From: a virus
Lineage: Duplodnaviria; Caudoviricetes
Direction: 5' to 3' (one strand)
DNA length: 64,000 nt
IMG/VR virus record: IMGVR_UViG_2627853766_000003
This document shows, piece by piece, positions 45,160 to 57,700 of this stretch; within the stretch, counting starts at the first letter, position 1; the number at the start of each line of letters is the position of its first letter. Below the pieces are notes generated by a model. That model saw only the letters and a list, made by a program, of their open reading frames with translations. It was not told the DNA's origin and did not search any database. A program made the translations under genes and the position numbers.

Positions 45160-47976
45160 ATGGCACAAGAAACCATCCAGCCAAGTTTTGCTGCCGGCGA
45201 GATTGCGCCGTCCATGTATGGGCGCGTCGATCTGGCTAAGTACCATTCCGGTGCGGCCATCTTGCGCAACTTCTTTGTCGACTACCGGGGCGGAGCATCG
45301 TCACGACAAGGTAAGAAATTTGTAGGGCAATGTAAAGACAGCGCTACGCCGAACCGCCTTATTCCTTTTACATTCAATACGCTGCAGACTTACGCCCTGG
45401 TATTCGGGAATCTCACCATGCGCGTGGTGATGAATGGAGGCTATGTGCTGGAGCCGGCTACGGCCATCACCGGTATATCGCAAGCATTCCCCGGGGTCAT
45501 CACTGATCCTGCTCACGGCTATAACAATGGCGACCTAGTGTATCTCACTGGCATCGTCGGCATGACGCAGCTGAATGGGCGCTTCGGTGTTGTCACAGGT
45601 GCTACGACAAATACCTTTTACCTGACAGACATGTATGGCGTAGTCATTTCGACCAGTGGCTATTCGGCCTATGTATCAGGCGGCACTGTTGGCCGAGTAT
45701 TTACTTTGACGACACCATATGCAGGAAGCGATCTAGCATTGCTGAAGTTCGCGCAATCTGCCGATGTGATGACGCTGGTTCATCCAAATTACACGCCGCA
45801 GAAGCTGACACGCACTCAGCACTGGGCATGGACGATTACGCCGATTACTTTCACGCCATCGGTGTCCCCGCCATCAGGACCAACAATTAGCAATAATGCG
45901 GTTGGCACCGTGTATCCAACTACCGTATATTCCTACGTAATCACTGCTGTTGTGGGCGGCGTCGAGAGTCTACCTTCTGCTGTGGTATCGACCGTCGGTG
46001 TGCATGCATTGAGCCAGAATGTAGGGGCGCAAAATACTGTTGGCTGGAATGCGGTGACCGGCGCAGAAATCTACAATATTTATCGCACACAGGAAAATCT
46101 CAACACGATGCCCCCGCAGGGCGCGCTGTTCGGATTTGTCGGATCGACTAATCCGGCTGCTTCTAATACCTTCATCGACAACAATATCCTGCCGGACTTC
46201 ACGAATGTGCCACCGCAGGGGTACAACCCTTTCACGGTGGCCGGCAATCCTTCCTGCGTCACCTATTACCAGCAGCGCCAGGTTTTCGGCGGCATGGCCA
46301 ATGCACCCGAGCAGATCGACTTTTCGAAGACTGGCGACTTCTTCAACATGAATTTCGCCATCCCCTCGAAACCAGACGACAATATCGAAATCACGATCGC
46401 CAGCCAGCAGGTGAATGCGATCAAGCACATGATCCCGATGCAAAGCCTGATCGTGCTGACCTCCAGCGGTGCATGGAAGGTCGACGGCGGCGCCAGCGGC
46501 ACGGTGACACCAACTTCTATCGAAGCCGTACCACAGGCTTATAACGGCTGCGGAGATGTGCCACCGCTGACGATCAACTACGACATCCTGTACGTCCAGG
46601 CAAAAGGATCAATCGTCCGCGACTTGGCCTATAACTTCTACGTCAACATCTACACAGGCACTGACATATCACTATTGTCGAATCATCTTTTCTATGGTCA
46701 CCAGATCACAGAGTGGTGCTGGGCAGATGAGCCGTTCAAGCAAGCACTGGCCGTGCGCGATGACGGCATCATGCTGTCGCTGACCTACTTGAAAGAACAG
46801 GAGGTCTACGCGTGGACCCACTACGACACAAACGGCCTGTACAAGAGCGTTTGCTCTATCTCTGAAGGTAACGAGAACGCTGTATATACAATCGTTGAGC
46901 GTTTCATCAATGGCCAGTACCTACAATATATCGAGCGCTTCGCCAGCCGGCAGATGGGCGGCGATCCAACTATCGGGCTTCCGGCCGATGTCAGCCGCGC
47001 ATGGTGCGTTGATGCTGGTCTGCAGTACCCACTGACATATCCAGCTGCCACGCTGATCCCAACTGAAGAATTCAACATCCCTGTCATTTCAGGCGTCGAC
47101 GTAATTGCTGGTGGCCAGAACTACAGCAACTTGACCACGGCGACCGTCATTGATCCGAATGGCACCGGAGCAACGTTTTCGGTAACCATCGTCGGGGGCA
47201 TCATCACAGCGATCACGCCGCTGGCAGTCGGCGGAAACTACACGCGCCCGATTCTGAATATCTTCGATCCTACTGGCGCCGGCTCCGGCGCAGTGGCTCA
47301 GCCGATTGTCACTAGCCCTGTACCCATGAACGCCAGCGCTGCGATATTTTCAAGCGCCAACATCGGCAACGTGGTGCGGATAAATAACGGCATGGGGATT
47401 GTGACATCAGTGCCGAGCTCGACGCAGATCATTGTCAACGTGCTACAGAACCTCACCAGCATCTGGCCGGCGGCAAGCGGCGCATGGTCAATGACGGCAC
47501 CAGTTACGCAAGTGTTCGGGCTTGACCATCTGAATGGGCAAACGGTATCGATCCTGGCCGATGGCAATGTCCAGCCTAATCAGTTAGTCACCGCTGGCTC
47601 AATTACCTTACAGCGGCCAGCTACGCTGATCACCATCGGGTTGCCATATATCTGCCAACTGCAGACCTTGTATCTGGACGTGCAGGGAGATGGCACGATC
47701 CAAGGCAAGCGCAAGAAAATCAATGCCGTCACGTTGCGACTGCAGGATTCGCGCGGCCTGAAAGTTGGGCCGAACTTCAACCAGCTAACAGAAATCAAGG
47801 ACCGCACCACACAGCCTATGGGTATGCCCGTCACGCTATTTACTGGCGACGAGCGCGTGAACATCGAGCCGAACTGGACGGTGCCAGGCCAGATCGCAGT
47901 GCAACAGGACTGGCCGCTCCCTTGCACGATCCTGGCATGTATCCCTGAAGTCACGATAGGAGATACCCCGCAATGA
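45160..47976 (+). CDS. Tail nozzle (tubular protein B-like)
   Basis: QPSFAAGEIAP..YGR.DL.KY, QSADV...HP, YQQR..FGG, GL.HL.G.TV.ILADG. Confidence 0.88.
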   Translation: MAQETIQPSFAAGEIAPSMYGRVDLAKYHSGAAILRNFFVDYRGGASSRQGKKFVGQCKDSATPNRLIPFTFNTLQTYALVFGNLTMRVVMNGGYVLEPATAITGISQAFPGVITDPAHGYNNGDLVYLTGIVGMTQLNGRFGVVTGATTNTFYLTDMYGVVISTSGYSAYVSGGTVGRVFTLTTPYAGSDLALLKFAQSADVMTLVHPNYTPQKLTRTQHWAWTITPITFTPSVSPPSGPTISNNAVGTVYPTTVYSYVITAVVGGVESLPSAVVSTVGVHALSQNVGAQNTVGWNAVTGAEIYNIYRTQENLNTMPPQGALFGFVGSTNPAASNTFIDNNILPDFTNVPPQGYNPFTVAGNPSCVTYYQQRQVFGGMANAPEQIDFSKTGDFFNMNFAIPSKPDDNIEITIASQQVNAIKHMIPMQSLIVLTSSGAWKVDGGASGTVTPTSIEAVPQAYNGCGDVPPLTINYDILYVQAKGSIVRDLAYNFYVNIYTGTDISLLSNHLFYGHQITEWCWADEPFKQALAVRDDGIMLSLTYLKEQEVYAWTHYDTNGLYKSVCSISEGNENAVYTIVERFINGQYLQYIERFASRQMGGDPTIGLPADVSRAWCVDAGLQYPLTYPAATLIPTEEFNIPVISGVDVIAGGQNYSNLTTATVIDPNGTGATFSVTIVGGIITAITPLAVGGNYTRPILNIFDPTGAGSGAVAQPIVTSPVPMNASAAIFSSANIGNVVRINNGMGIVTSVPSSTQIIVNVLQNLTSIWPAASGAWSMTAPVTQVFGLDHLNGQTVSILADGNVQPNQLVTAGSITLQRPATLITIGLPYICQLQTLYLDVQGDGTIQGKRKKINAVTLRLQDSRGLKVGPNFNQLTEIKDRTTQPMGMPVTLFTGDERVNIEPNWTVPGQIAVQQDWPLPCTILACIPEVTIGDTPQ

Positions 47977-48452
47977 TCGGCCACGTGATCCCAGCTACCT
48001 ACGCACACGCCTACAACATGGCGCCGCGGATGCGCACCGCCGAAGTCGCCGAGGTATGGGCGTCTGACCGGCGGTTGCCACTGGAGGCGCTGGTGCATGA
48101 GCTGGACAACAGCGCGCTGTCTTGGTCCTGGGTGATCGATGGACAGGTGGCATGCATGTTTGGTTTCGTCCTTCACAACCTGTTGGATTCGACTGCATAC
48201 CCATGGTTTCTGACTTCCGACCTGGTCGAGACACATTCACGCAGCTTCATCAGGGCTTGCAAATCTGGGCTGCCTGGTGTGCTGGCGCAGTACCCAGACC
48301 TGAAAGGAATGGTCGATGCCAGATATGTGCTGTCCATCCGCTGGCTTGAATGGCTTGGCTTTGTGGTAGGAGATCCAGTTGAGCGTGGACCTGACCACAC
48401 GTTGTTCCGTCCTTTTTATAGTGAGAAAAAGCATGCAAGTGCAAGCGCCTAA
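47973..48452 (+). CDS. T7 gp13-like (GNAT-like) assembly protein
   Basis: MR.A...E..A...MFG......PWFL...VDAR...SIRWL.WLGF. Confidence 0.75.
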   Translation: MIGHVIPATYAHAYNMAPRMRTAEVAEVWASDRRLPLEALVHELDNSALSWSWVIDGQVACMFGFVLHNLLDSTAYPWFLTSDLVETHSRSFIRACKSGLPGVLAQYPDLKGMVDARYVLSIRWLEWLGFVVGDPVERGPDHTLFRPFYSEKKHASASA

Positions 48453-48876
48453 TCCGGACCTGATCGAGTACGTCAATCGGCTTGAGGCCGAGATGTGCCA
48501 GCTGCCACAGGTTAATTGCCCACACTGGGATTATTTTGCACCAGGGCTTTACGCACGCCAGATGTTCATCAATAAAGGGGTAGCTTTGACCGGTGCCGTA
48601 CATCGCACTGAGCATCTTTGCATTATCTCTGGTGACATCAGTGTCACTGCTGACGAAGGTGTCAAGCGCATCACGCACCTGCAGAAGATCATCAGTTCCA
48701 AGCCTGGCACGAAGCGTGCCGGCTATGCGCACCTGGATACCTACTGGACAACGGTACACGCGACCACCGAGACAGACCTGGAAAAGCTGGTGCTGGAACT
48801 GGTCGAGGCCAGCAGCGCGGAACTGCTCGGCGGCGCCGAAAACAAGCAATTGCTGCATAACCGCTTGAAAGGGTAA
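48433..48876 (+). CDS. Cupin-like phage protein
   Basis: FAPGLYARQM.I.KG..LTG..H...H....SG...PGTKR..Y...DT.W.TVH. Confidence 0.65.
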   Translation: MQVQAPNPDLIEYVNRLEAEMCQLPQVNCPHWDYFAPGLYARQMFINKGVALTGAVHRTEHLCIISGDISVTADEGVKRITHLQKIISSKPGTKRAGYAHLDTYWTTVHATTETDLEKLVLELVEASSAELLGGAENKQLLHNRLKG

Positions 48877-48878
48877 TC

Positions 48879-49415
48879 ATGTCATTCGGATTTACAGCTG
48901 CTGAAATTGGGGTTGGCATTGCTGCAGTGGGTGCTGCTGTTAGCGTCTACAGCGCAGTCTCCACGGCGAACGCGCAGAAGGCTGCTGCCGACTATCAAGC
49001 ACAGGTCAATCAGAACAATGAAAAGATCGCCGCTGATAATGCCAACATGGCTACCAGCCAAGGGAACCAGCAGCTGCAGGCAGAGCAAGAACAGGCCGCC
49101 CAGCAGCAAGGAATGATACGCGCTGTGATGGGGGCATCCGGCGTCGACATCAACAGCGGCAGCGCGTTGCGCACGCAGCAGGGCGTTGCGCAAGTCAATT
49201 CCCTGAACGAAGCAACCATCACCAGCAATGCCGCACGCTCAGCCTGGAACTATACAAACCAGGGCGCAGACTATAGCGCCCAGAGCAATCTAGAAATCCT
49301 GAAAGGCGAGAATTCTCAGACGGCCGGGTATCTGAGTGGCCTGTCGTCACTGATTGGTAGCGCTGGTCAGACATATAAGAACTACAACAACAATGCGCAA
49401 GTTGGAGCTACCTAA
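48879..49415 (+). CDS. Internal virion (ejection) protein
   Basis: Hydrophobic N-terminus, ASGVD..SGS motif, Gln/Ala-rich. Confidence 0.8.
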   Translation: MSFGFTAAEIGVGIAAVGAAVSVYSAVSTANAQKAAADYQAQVNQNNEKIAADNANMATSQGNQQLQAEQEQAAQQQGMIRAVMGASGVDINSGSALRTQQGVAQVNSLNEATITSNAARSAWNYTNQGADYSAQSNLEILKGENSQTAGYLSGLSSLIGSAGQTYKNYNNNAQVGAT

Positions 49416-51706
49416 TGCCTACCCTGCCAAATATTCAGACTTCGCAAAGTGTCTTCAGCTCAGGCGCTCTACAGTCGCAGCAGATCCAATCTGATCCCAA
49501 TGACTTCGGCGCGCAGGTAGGGCAGGCCGCAGGTCAGTTGGGAACAGCAGTGCAAAATGCTGGCCAGACGGTCACGGATGTGGCGCAGAAATGGCAGGCG
49601 ATCCAGAACGAAACGGATGTCAACCACACTTATGCCAATGATTACATGCCCGGCATGCGTGACCTGCAGCAGCAGTATTTGCAGCTGGGCGGCAAGGATG
49701 CGACGGACCAGTACCCGACCTACCAGCAGAAAATGCAGGAGCTGCATGATACTGTCCGGACGAACCTGAATCCTGCTGCGCAGCGCATGTTTGACGACAT
49801 ATCCAACCGCACAAGCCAGATGATGCTTGATGGGATGTCGCGCTACGCCGGCCAACAGAACGTGGTGTATCAGGATCAGACCAGCCGCGGCATGATCAAC
49901 AACAGCGTGACGAAAGCCGTCACCGCCTGGAATGACCCGATCGTCTTCGATGCCGCCAAGAACGAGATTGTCTCGGAGGATATGCAGCATGGCCAGTTCC
50001 GTGGCCAGCCTATCGAATACATCAACGCCCAGATCCAGAAGGACTTGAGCACGGCCACCACCTCGCGCCTGCGTACCATGGCGAACACCGACCCAGTCGG
50101 CGCGTATGACTTGCTGAAGAACGGCGAGAACTGGACTGATTCCAGCGGTGTCTCGCACCACAATAACATCGGCGCCATGGTCGACCCGACCGAATATGCC
50201 AGCATCGAGCACCAGCTGATGCAGGGTGCCAAGGAAGTGTCGGCCGACCGTACCGCCAGCAATGCCATCACGCCGCCGCCAGCCGGCGCCACGGCACCTG
50301 TCCCAGCGCTGCAAGCTGCGATCATGAAGAACGAGAGCAACGGCAAAGATGTAGATGCCAGCGGCAATGTGCTGACGTCGCCAGCCGGTGCCCAGGGCAA
50401 CATGCAGGTGATGCCATCCACAAACCTGAACCCTGGGTACGGCGTCACGCCCGCACGCGACAACAGTGCCGCCGAACGTACCCGGGTGGGGAATGACTAC
50501 GTTGGTGCCATGTCGGCGCGCTACGGCAACAATCCGGCTCTGGTAGCTGCTTCCTATAATGCCGGCCCCGGGATGGTTGACGACTGGCTGAACGGCACCA
50601 ACAAGACCGGCAAGAATCCGAGCATGACCCAGCTGCCTGATCCGAGCAAGGGCCAGATCAGCAACGCCGACTTCATTGCCAAGATCCCATTTACTGAAAC
50701 CAAGGCCTACGCTGGCAAGGTGCTGGCCAGTCTTCCAGCGCAGACCAACGGTCCGACCACGTTGCCAAATGCCCAGGATCTGGAAACATCGTTGCCAGAC
50801 AAGGCCGCAGCTGCCAAGGTGCAGGCGCAGCAGCAATTCCCGAATGATCCCGCCTATGCCGAAAACGTCTACAACCGGGTGATGCAGAAGGGCAACCAGA
50901 TCACGGCCGGCATCAAGGCCCAGCAGAGCGCTGCCACGCAGACGTTGTATAACGCCATCGCCGGTAGCAAGCCCGACGGCAGCGACAAGATCAGCTCGAT
51001 GAATGACATTACGTCCAATCCTAACCTGAACAGCGCTTACCAGAACGCCACGCCAGAAGTTCGTCTGGCAGTGCAGAGCCGGCTGGCCAAGGGTGACCAG
51101 CAGTTCGACAGCACCAGTGCTGCCAGCTATTACCAGCTCAAGGGCATGGCAGCCAACGATCCGGCCAACTTTGCCAAGCTGGATTTAGGTGCCATGTACG
51201 GCACGATGCCGGACAGCGCTTGGAAGCAGCTAATTGACCTGCAGACCTCGACCAGCAAGAACGATGCTGCTCAGGCCAGCAAGAATCTGAACTGGGCGCG
51301 CACGAAGGGCGATGTCGAAGACATGCTGAAGCCGCTGGGTCTTGGCACATCGGCCAAGCCGAACACCACCCAGGCCGACACCACCACGCAGTTCTACGGC
51401 AAGTTGAACGATGCGCTGGAGGATTACCACAACCAGAACCAGAAGTATCCAGACACGACCACCACCCGGAAGATCGCCGGAAGCCTGCTGGTGCAGGGTA
51501 CGCAGCAGTCCGGTCACTGGTATTCGATGGATAGCAAGATGCCAGCGTTCCAATCGCCAGACCTGACGCAGTTCTCAGTGCCGGTGCCGCAGGCACAGAA
51601 AGCGCAGCTTGCCCAATCGTTTCAGAAAGTCATGGGCAGGCCGGCCAGCGACCAGGAGCTACAACAGTGGTACACCAAATTCACGCTGGCCAACAAAGGT
51701 AAATGA
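49415..51706 (+). CDS. Internal virion protein with lytic transglycosylase domain
   Basis: AIMKNES.G....SPAGA.G.MQVMP.T...ASYNAGPG...ET.AY..KV. Confidence 0.85.
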   Translation: MPTLPNIQTSQSVFSSGALQSQQIQSDPNDFGAQVGQAAGQLGTAVQNAGQTVTDVAQKWQAIQNETDVNHTYANDYMPGMRDLQQQYLQLGGKDATDQYPTYQQKMQELHDTVRTNLNPAAQRMFDDISNRTSQMMLDGMSRYAGQQNVVYQDQTSRGMINNSVTKAVTAWNDPIVFDAAKNEIVSEDMQHGQFRGQPIEYINAQIQKDLSTATTSRLRTMANTDPVGAYDLLKNGENWTDSSGVSHHNNIGAMVDPTEYASIEHQLMQGAKEVSADRTASNAITPPPAGATAPVPALQAAIMKNESNGKDVDASGNVLTSPAGAQGNMQVMPSTNLNPGYGVTPARDNSAAERTRVGNDYVGAMSARYGNNPALVAASYNAGPGMVDDWLNGTNKTGKNPSMTQLPDPSKGQISNADFIAKIPFTETKAYAGKVLASLPAQTNGPTTLPNAQDLETSLPDKAAAAKVQAQQQFPNDPAYAENVYNRVMQKGNQITAGIKAQQSAATQTLYNAIAGSKPDGSDKISSMNDITSNPNLNSAYQNATPEVRLAVQSRLAKGDQQFDSTSAASYYQLKGMAANDPANFAKLDLGAMYGTMPDSAWKQLIDLQTSTSKNDAAQASKNLNWARTKGDVEDMLKPLGLGTSAKPNTTQADTTTQFYGKLNDALEDYHNQNQKYPDTTTTRKIAGSLLVQGTQQSGHWYSMDSKMPAFQSPDLTQFSVPVPQAQKAQLAQSFQKVMGRPASDQELQQWYTKFTLANKGK

Positions 51707-54700
51707 TGGCTGATACCGATTTCGAGTCGTTCCTGCAACAGTCGCAAGCACCAGCGCAACCAGGCGCTGCGCCCGCGGCCCCTGCTATTGCCGCTCCAGC
51801 GCCGGCTACCGCAGCGAAGGCCGACCCGTTCGAGTCCTTCCTGGCTAGCCAAAAGCAGCAGACTGATGCCCAGACGCTGCAGCAAGCGCAAGCGGTGGCC
51901 GTCACCAACAGCACCGCCAGCAGCGATACCGCCGCGCGCGCCGCCAAGATCGCGCCACAGGTCAATGCGCCGCAGGCCGCCATAGAGACGGATCTGCCGC
52001 GCTATGAAGCCCAGGCCAAGGCGCAAGACAATGCTGCGGTGATGGCGCAGAGCCCGCAAATGGCAAAGTGGGCTGTTGCCAATCCCGACGCCGCCAGGGT
52101 AGCGCAGGATGATCTGGGTAAGATGAGCACCATGGAAACGTTGCTGGGAGCAGCCTCAGATTCCGGCGCCAACTTTGTCAAGCAGTTGGGCAATTCCTTC
52201 AACAGCGCAGCCATGGGCATCAACCGCCTTGTCGGCTACACGATCACTGCCAGCGATATGGCGCAGGGCACGAACACGGCAGCATGGTGGAACCAGCACA
52301 TGATCGCGCCGCTGGAGCAAGCACAACCAGCTTTCGCTGAAGCGCCCGGGCTGCCATTCGGCGCCAAGGCAGCCGGCGTCCTGGGTAACCTGACCGGCAT
52401 GCTGTCGCAGATAACATTAACTGGCGGTGGTGGTGCTGTTGCTGGTCCAGCTGCTGAGGCTGCAAGCGTGGCCGGCCGTGTAGGACAAGCAGTAGGCCAT
52501 GGCGCCAAGGCAATGGCATTCCCGGCGCTGACCGCTGCCGTCAACACTGGCCATGACGTCTACGCCCAGACTGGCGACATAGGCAAAGCCATCGAAGCCA
52601 GCCAGATGCAGTATGCGACATCGACCCTTGGCGGCATCGTGCCGCTGGGCATGGCCGGCAATCTTGCTGCGCGCGTAGCTTCCGGTTTCATATCGGGCGC
52701 CGCGACCGGCGAGGTATCGCGCCAAGCCATGAATCTTGTATTGCCACAGAAGCAGGAGTTTGACCCTGAGCAGATGTTGCTGTCTGGACTGAGCGGCGCC
52801 GTGCTGGGTGGCGCTATGGGGCCGCGCGCCGGCGATACCGGCATGCATGAGGCAGTGCGCCAGGTGTACCAAGATGCCGTGCAAGCCGAGACGGCAGAGC
52901 AGGGCGGCCAGAAGATGGAGCAGCTGGGCCAGCTCGCCGGCGGCATGAAGCTGCGCGAAGCAGACCCGGCCGCGTTCAAGCAGTTCGTCCAGCAGATCAG
53001 CGAGAACAGTTCCCTGCAGGATGTCTATGTTGACGGCCGCACCTTTGCTGATGCGCTGCAACAATCAAAAGTAGACGTCAACGAGATGCCCGGCATGGCC
53101 GACCAGCTGGAAGAAGCGGCGCGTACCGGCGGTGATGTGCAGATCCCGGTATCCGATTACCTGACGCATATCGCCGGCACCGATCTGGAGCCGCAGCTGC
53201 TGCCAAACCTGAAGGCCGAGGCCGGCGGCGTCACTTATGCGGAAGGCCAGCAGTATTATGCAGATACTGCCAATGGCATGCAGGACAAGGCCAACGAGAT
53301 CGTGGCCCAGAAGCAGACTAGCCTGGATACGCAGACCGACGTCAACAGCATCGGCGACAAGCTTTTCGAGCAGATGAAAGCGACGGGCCGTTTCCCCGAC
53401 GACGTCAGCCGCGCCAGCGTGGTGCCGGTGCAAGAGTTCTACCGCACTATGGCTGATCGGATGGGCGTGAAGCCCAGCGAGCTGTATGAGCAATATCCGC
53501 TCACGATAAAGGGTGAGGATATTGGTGGACAATCGCTCAGGCAGAGCGAGCCACCCGCCAGCCTAGACGACCTCACAAAGCAATTTTCGGATGCCGGGCT
53601 TAATGCCTCTATTTCCGAGAAGAACGGGATTATCACACTTTCTAAGATCATCGTCCCAGAGGGAGAGCGTGGAGAAGGGAAAGGTACAGCTGCGATGCAG
53701 GCGCTTGTCGATTATGCAGATAGGACAGGCCAACACGTGACACTATCGCCGTCGGCTGATTTCGGTGGCAACAAAAAGCAGTTGACCGATTTCTACAAGC
53801 GATTTGGGTTCGTAGAGAATAAAGGGAAGAATCGCGCTTTTTCAACTTCGGAAAGCATGTATCGGGAAGCGCCAGGAAAGGTTCTACATCAGGCATCCCG
53901 CGGCGCCTTCGATCCAGACACGAACACCGTGGCGCTGCTGAAGGACGCCGACTTGTCGACCTTCTTGCACGAAAGTTCACACTTCTACCTGTCTACCCTG
54001 GGCGATCTTGCCGGCCGCGAAGGCGCGCCGCAGGAGCTTAAGGACGACATGCACACCGCGCTGACGTGGATGGGCGGCAAGGATCTGACAGACTGGCAGG
54101 GGCGCACGTTGGAACAGCAACGCGACATGCATGAGAAGTTCGCCAAGGGATTCGAGACTTACCTGATGGAAGGCAAAGCGCCAACCACCGCACTGCAATC
54201 GCTGTTCAGCCGGTTCCGGTCCTGGATGCTGAACGTCTACCAGAGCGTGCGTAATCTCGGCACCGACCTGTCTCCAGAGGTGCGAGGCGTGTTCGACCGC
54301 TTGCTGGCCAGCCGGGATGCCATCCAGCAATCGGAGCGTGCCCGCGGCTACTTCCCACTGGACCTGTCCCAGTCCGGCGCCACCGATAAGCAGATGGCCG
54401 ATTACGCTAACTTGGGCGACCAGGCCACGCAGAGCGCCATCAACGAAATGCAGGCCAGAAGCCTGAAAGATATGCAATGGGCAAGCAACGCCAAGAATAA
54501 GGCGCTGAAGGCATTGCAGCGCCAGCACAATGACGCCCGGCGCGAGATTCAAGAGCAGGTCATGAAGGAATTGCAGGCCGAGCCGATCAACCGCGCCAGG
54601 GAATTCCTGAAGACTGGCGAGACGGTCGACCCGCAAACTGGCGAGAAGATCAAGACAGAAAAGGGTTTCAAGCTGAACACCGACATGGCCAAGGAGCTAG

Positions 54701-57700
54701 CTCCGGATGCCAACTTGCGCGGCTTGACATCAAAGGATGGCATGCCACCCGATATGGTGGCTGACATGTTCGGCTTCCGCAATGGCGCCGAACTGGTGCG
54801 CAACCTGGCTGAAGGCGCGGACATGAAAGAACTGGTAGCGCGCCTGACCGATCAGCGCATGCTGGAGCAGCACGGCGAACTGGTCGACCCACAGAGCGTC
54901 GAGATGGCCGCCAATGAGGCAGTGCATAACGAAGCACGGGCCAAGTTCATCGCCACCGGTCTGAAGCTGCTCACTAAGTCGCCGGTGCCATCGCGCGAGA
55001 TCACACGCGCCGCGACCGAAGTCGCCAACAATTCCATTGCCGCCAAGAAGGTTGGAGACCTCAACCCGAGAATGTATGAGGTGGCTGAGGCCAAGGCAAA
55101 TAAGGAAGCAATCAGCCAGGCTGCGAAAGACCCGGCCGCCGCAGTGAAGGCGCAGCGGGATGCGCTACTGAACAACCGCTTGGCCAAGGCCGCAACTGAT
55201 GCCGTGGCCGAGATCAAGAAAATTGTCGCATCGCAAAAGAAATTCGACAAAGACTCGATCCGTAATAACTTCGACCCCGACATCCTCAACCAGATCGACG
55301 CGTTGCGTGAGCGCTTCGACTTCCGGCAGAACCCGCCAGAAGGGCCAACCAAGGCCGAAACCAGCCTGGAAACCTGGATCCAGTCCCAGCAGGCGCTCGG
55401 CTATTCGCCGCTGGTCAATGCCGACATGTTGGACCAGTCCCTGCGCATGCACTACAAAGACATGACGGTCGAGCAGATCCGTGGATTCAACGACACCATC
55501 CGCAGTCTGGAGACGGTAGCACGGGAGCGCAAGCAGATCACCATCGACGGCAAACATGTAGCGCTCGATGCCGTTGTCTCTGATCTGGTCGACAAGATGC
55601 AGCAGCGGGGCGACAAGTTCACGTTGAAGGACATCGTAGAGCCGCCGCGCGCCGGCGTCGATAGTCTCTACCAGGTAGGCTTGTCAAAGGCAGCTGCGTT
55701 CATCCGCGGCGCCGCCGTGGAACTGAAACCGCAACAGTTCAAGGCAAACCAGTTCGACATGCATGAGATCCTGGGGCCGTTCAGCAAGTCGATTTTCGAG
55801 CGGGTATTCGATGCCAACTACCGCAAGGTCGACATGCTCAAGGGCCTGTCGGATCAGTTCCGTGCAGCTGTCAAGGGTGAGCTAGGCAACGATTGGCAGG
55901 ACTCGCTGCACGACCTGGTGCCGAACAGCACGCTGCTGGATGCCGACCTTACCAAGTCTGCCGGGACGCCGGTCTACCGCCGGCTGACGCGTGGCGATAT
56001 GCTGGGCATTGCGCGTCACGTCGGCAACGAGTCCAACTTCGATAAGCTGACCAAGGGCATGGAGTGGGATCCGAAGGACGTCTGGTCTTTCTTGCACGAC
56101 AATATGATCGATAAGGACTGGCGCGCCACGCAGATCACCTGGGATGCTTTCGAGAAGCACTGGCCCGACATGGTTGAAATGAACAAGCGATTGGGCAATA
56201 CGTCGCCGGACCAGATCGAGTCCCGTCCATTCCAGACCAATTTCGGTGATATGCGTGGCGGCTACGCGCCGATCGACTACGACCCGGTGCGCTCCCGCCT
56301 AGCGGTCAAGAAGTCCGACTCGTCAGCGATCGATCCCAGCGAGGGACTGTTCAAGGGCAATTACTTCCGGGCCGACACGACGACCAACGGTTCGCTCAAT
56401 AGTAGGACCGCCAGCTATTACGATCGGTTGAACCTCGACTACCACTCTATCGAGCGCAGGCTGCATGATACCGTGCACGATCTGGCCTACCGCGAGGCGC
56501 TGCTGGATACCCACAAGATCCTGGCGAACAAGGATTTCAGGCGCCAGTTCCAGCTTTCCTTCGGCCCGGAGCAATACAAGTCGATGCAAGAATGGATCGG
56601 CAATATCGCCAACTCGCAGAACAGCGACGGCCAAATGAGCAAACTACAATCGATCATGGCATCCAGTCGGCGCGCCATCGTCGCCAACGGCATCGCGCTG
56701 CGCGTCAGTACCGTCCTGAAGCATGGCGGCAGCGCCGGATTCAAGACGGCCGGCTATTTCTCCGGCGGCGGGGAGAAGTACTTGGCCGGCCGCATGGCAG
56801 CCATGGCGACGAATCACGCCGGAGAAGTGGCCAGCGCCGTGCTGAAATTCCCAGAGATTCGCGCGCGGCTGATGCAGCAGGACCGGGATTACCGGCAGAC
56901 GGCCTCATCTCTGTTTGAACCGGAAAGCATGCACTCCAAAGCCGAGCGATTCGGGCACTCAGCTGTGGCCTGGGCTGACCAGCTTACAGCGGTGCCGACG
57001 GCGTGGGCAGCATACGACCGGGCGATCACTGAGGGCATACCTGTCAACCGCGGTGGCACCGGCAAGCCGATGTCTGACGAGGACGCCGTGAAGTATGCCA
57101 GCCAGATCGTGCGTGAGGCCCATGGCAGCAATATCGAATCGTCCCGCTCCCTGCTGATGCAAAACAAGAATGAAGCCGTCAAGGCCATGACAACGCTGTA
57201 CGGTTTCATGAACAACACGCTGGGCCAAAATATGGACATGGCCGACAAGTTCAAGACAGCCGGCTTCAGCAAGCCCGAAGTGCTGAGCCGCTACCTGATG
57301 GCCATGATTGTTCCGGCGCTCTGGGCTGGTGTGTTGGCCAGGCCGAACAAGGAGGAGGGCTGGGCGCATTGGGCGGCCGGCGCGATCACCGGAGAATATG
57401 CCGGCATGGTGCCTATGGTGCGCAATGCCTGGTCAGCTGTGGAGGGCTACAACAGCGCCGGCGAGCCTGCCTATATGTCGGTACTGGGCACGATTGCCAA
57501 GCCGATCATGGATATTAAAAAGGCGCTAACCGGCGGCGAGGTCAAAGCTCCGATCAAGGACGCAGGAAATGCCATCGGTCTGATTGCGCCCGGTGGCGGC
57601 CAGCTCGGAACCACGGCTCAATATTTAAGCGACATTTTTAGTGGTAAAGAACAACCAGAGAATGCCGAGGATTGGGCACGCGGCGTACTTCTTGGGCAAC

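Noticed and set aside
49469-50836. Long antisense ORFs (also 41042-42346, 36610-37566, 31350-32273, 25794-26642, 4787-5524)
   Set aside because: They shadow well-supported genes on the opposite strand, as expected from GC-rich codon bias, and show no recognisable motifs.
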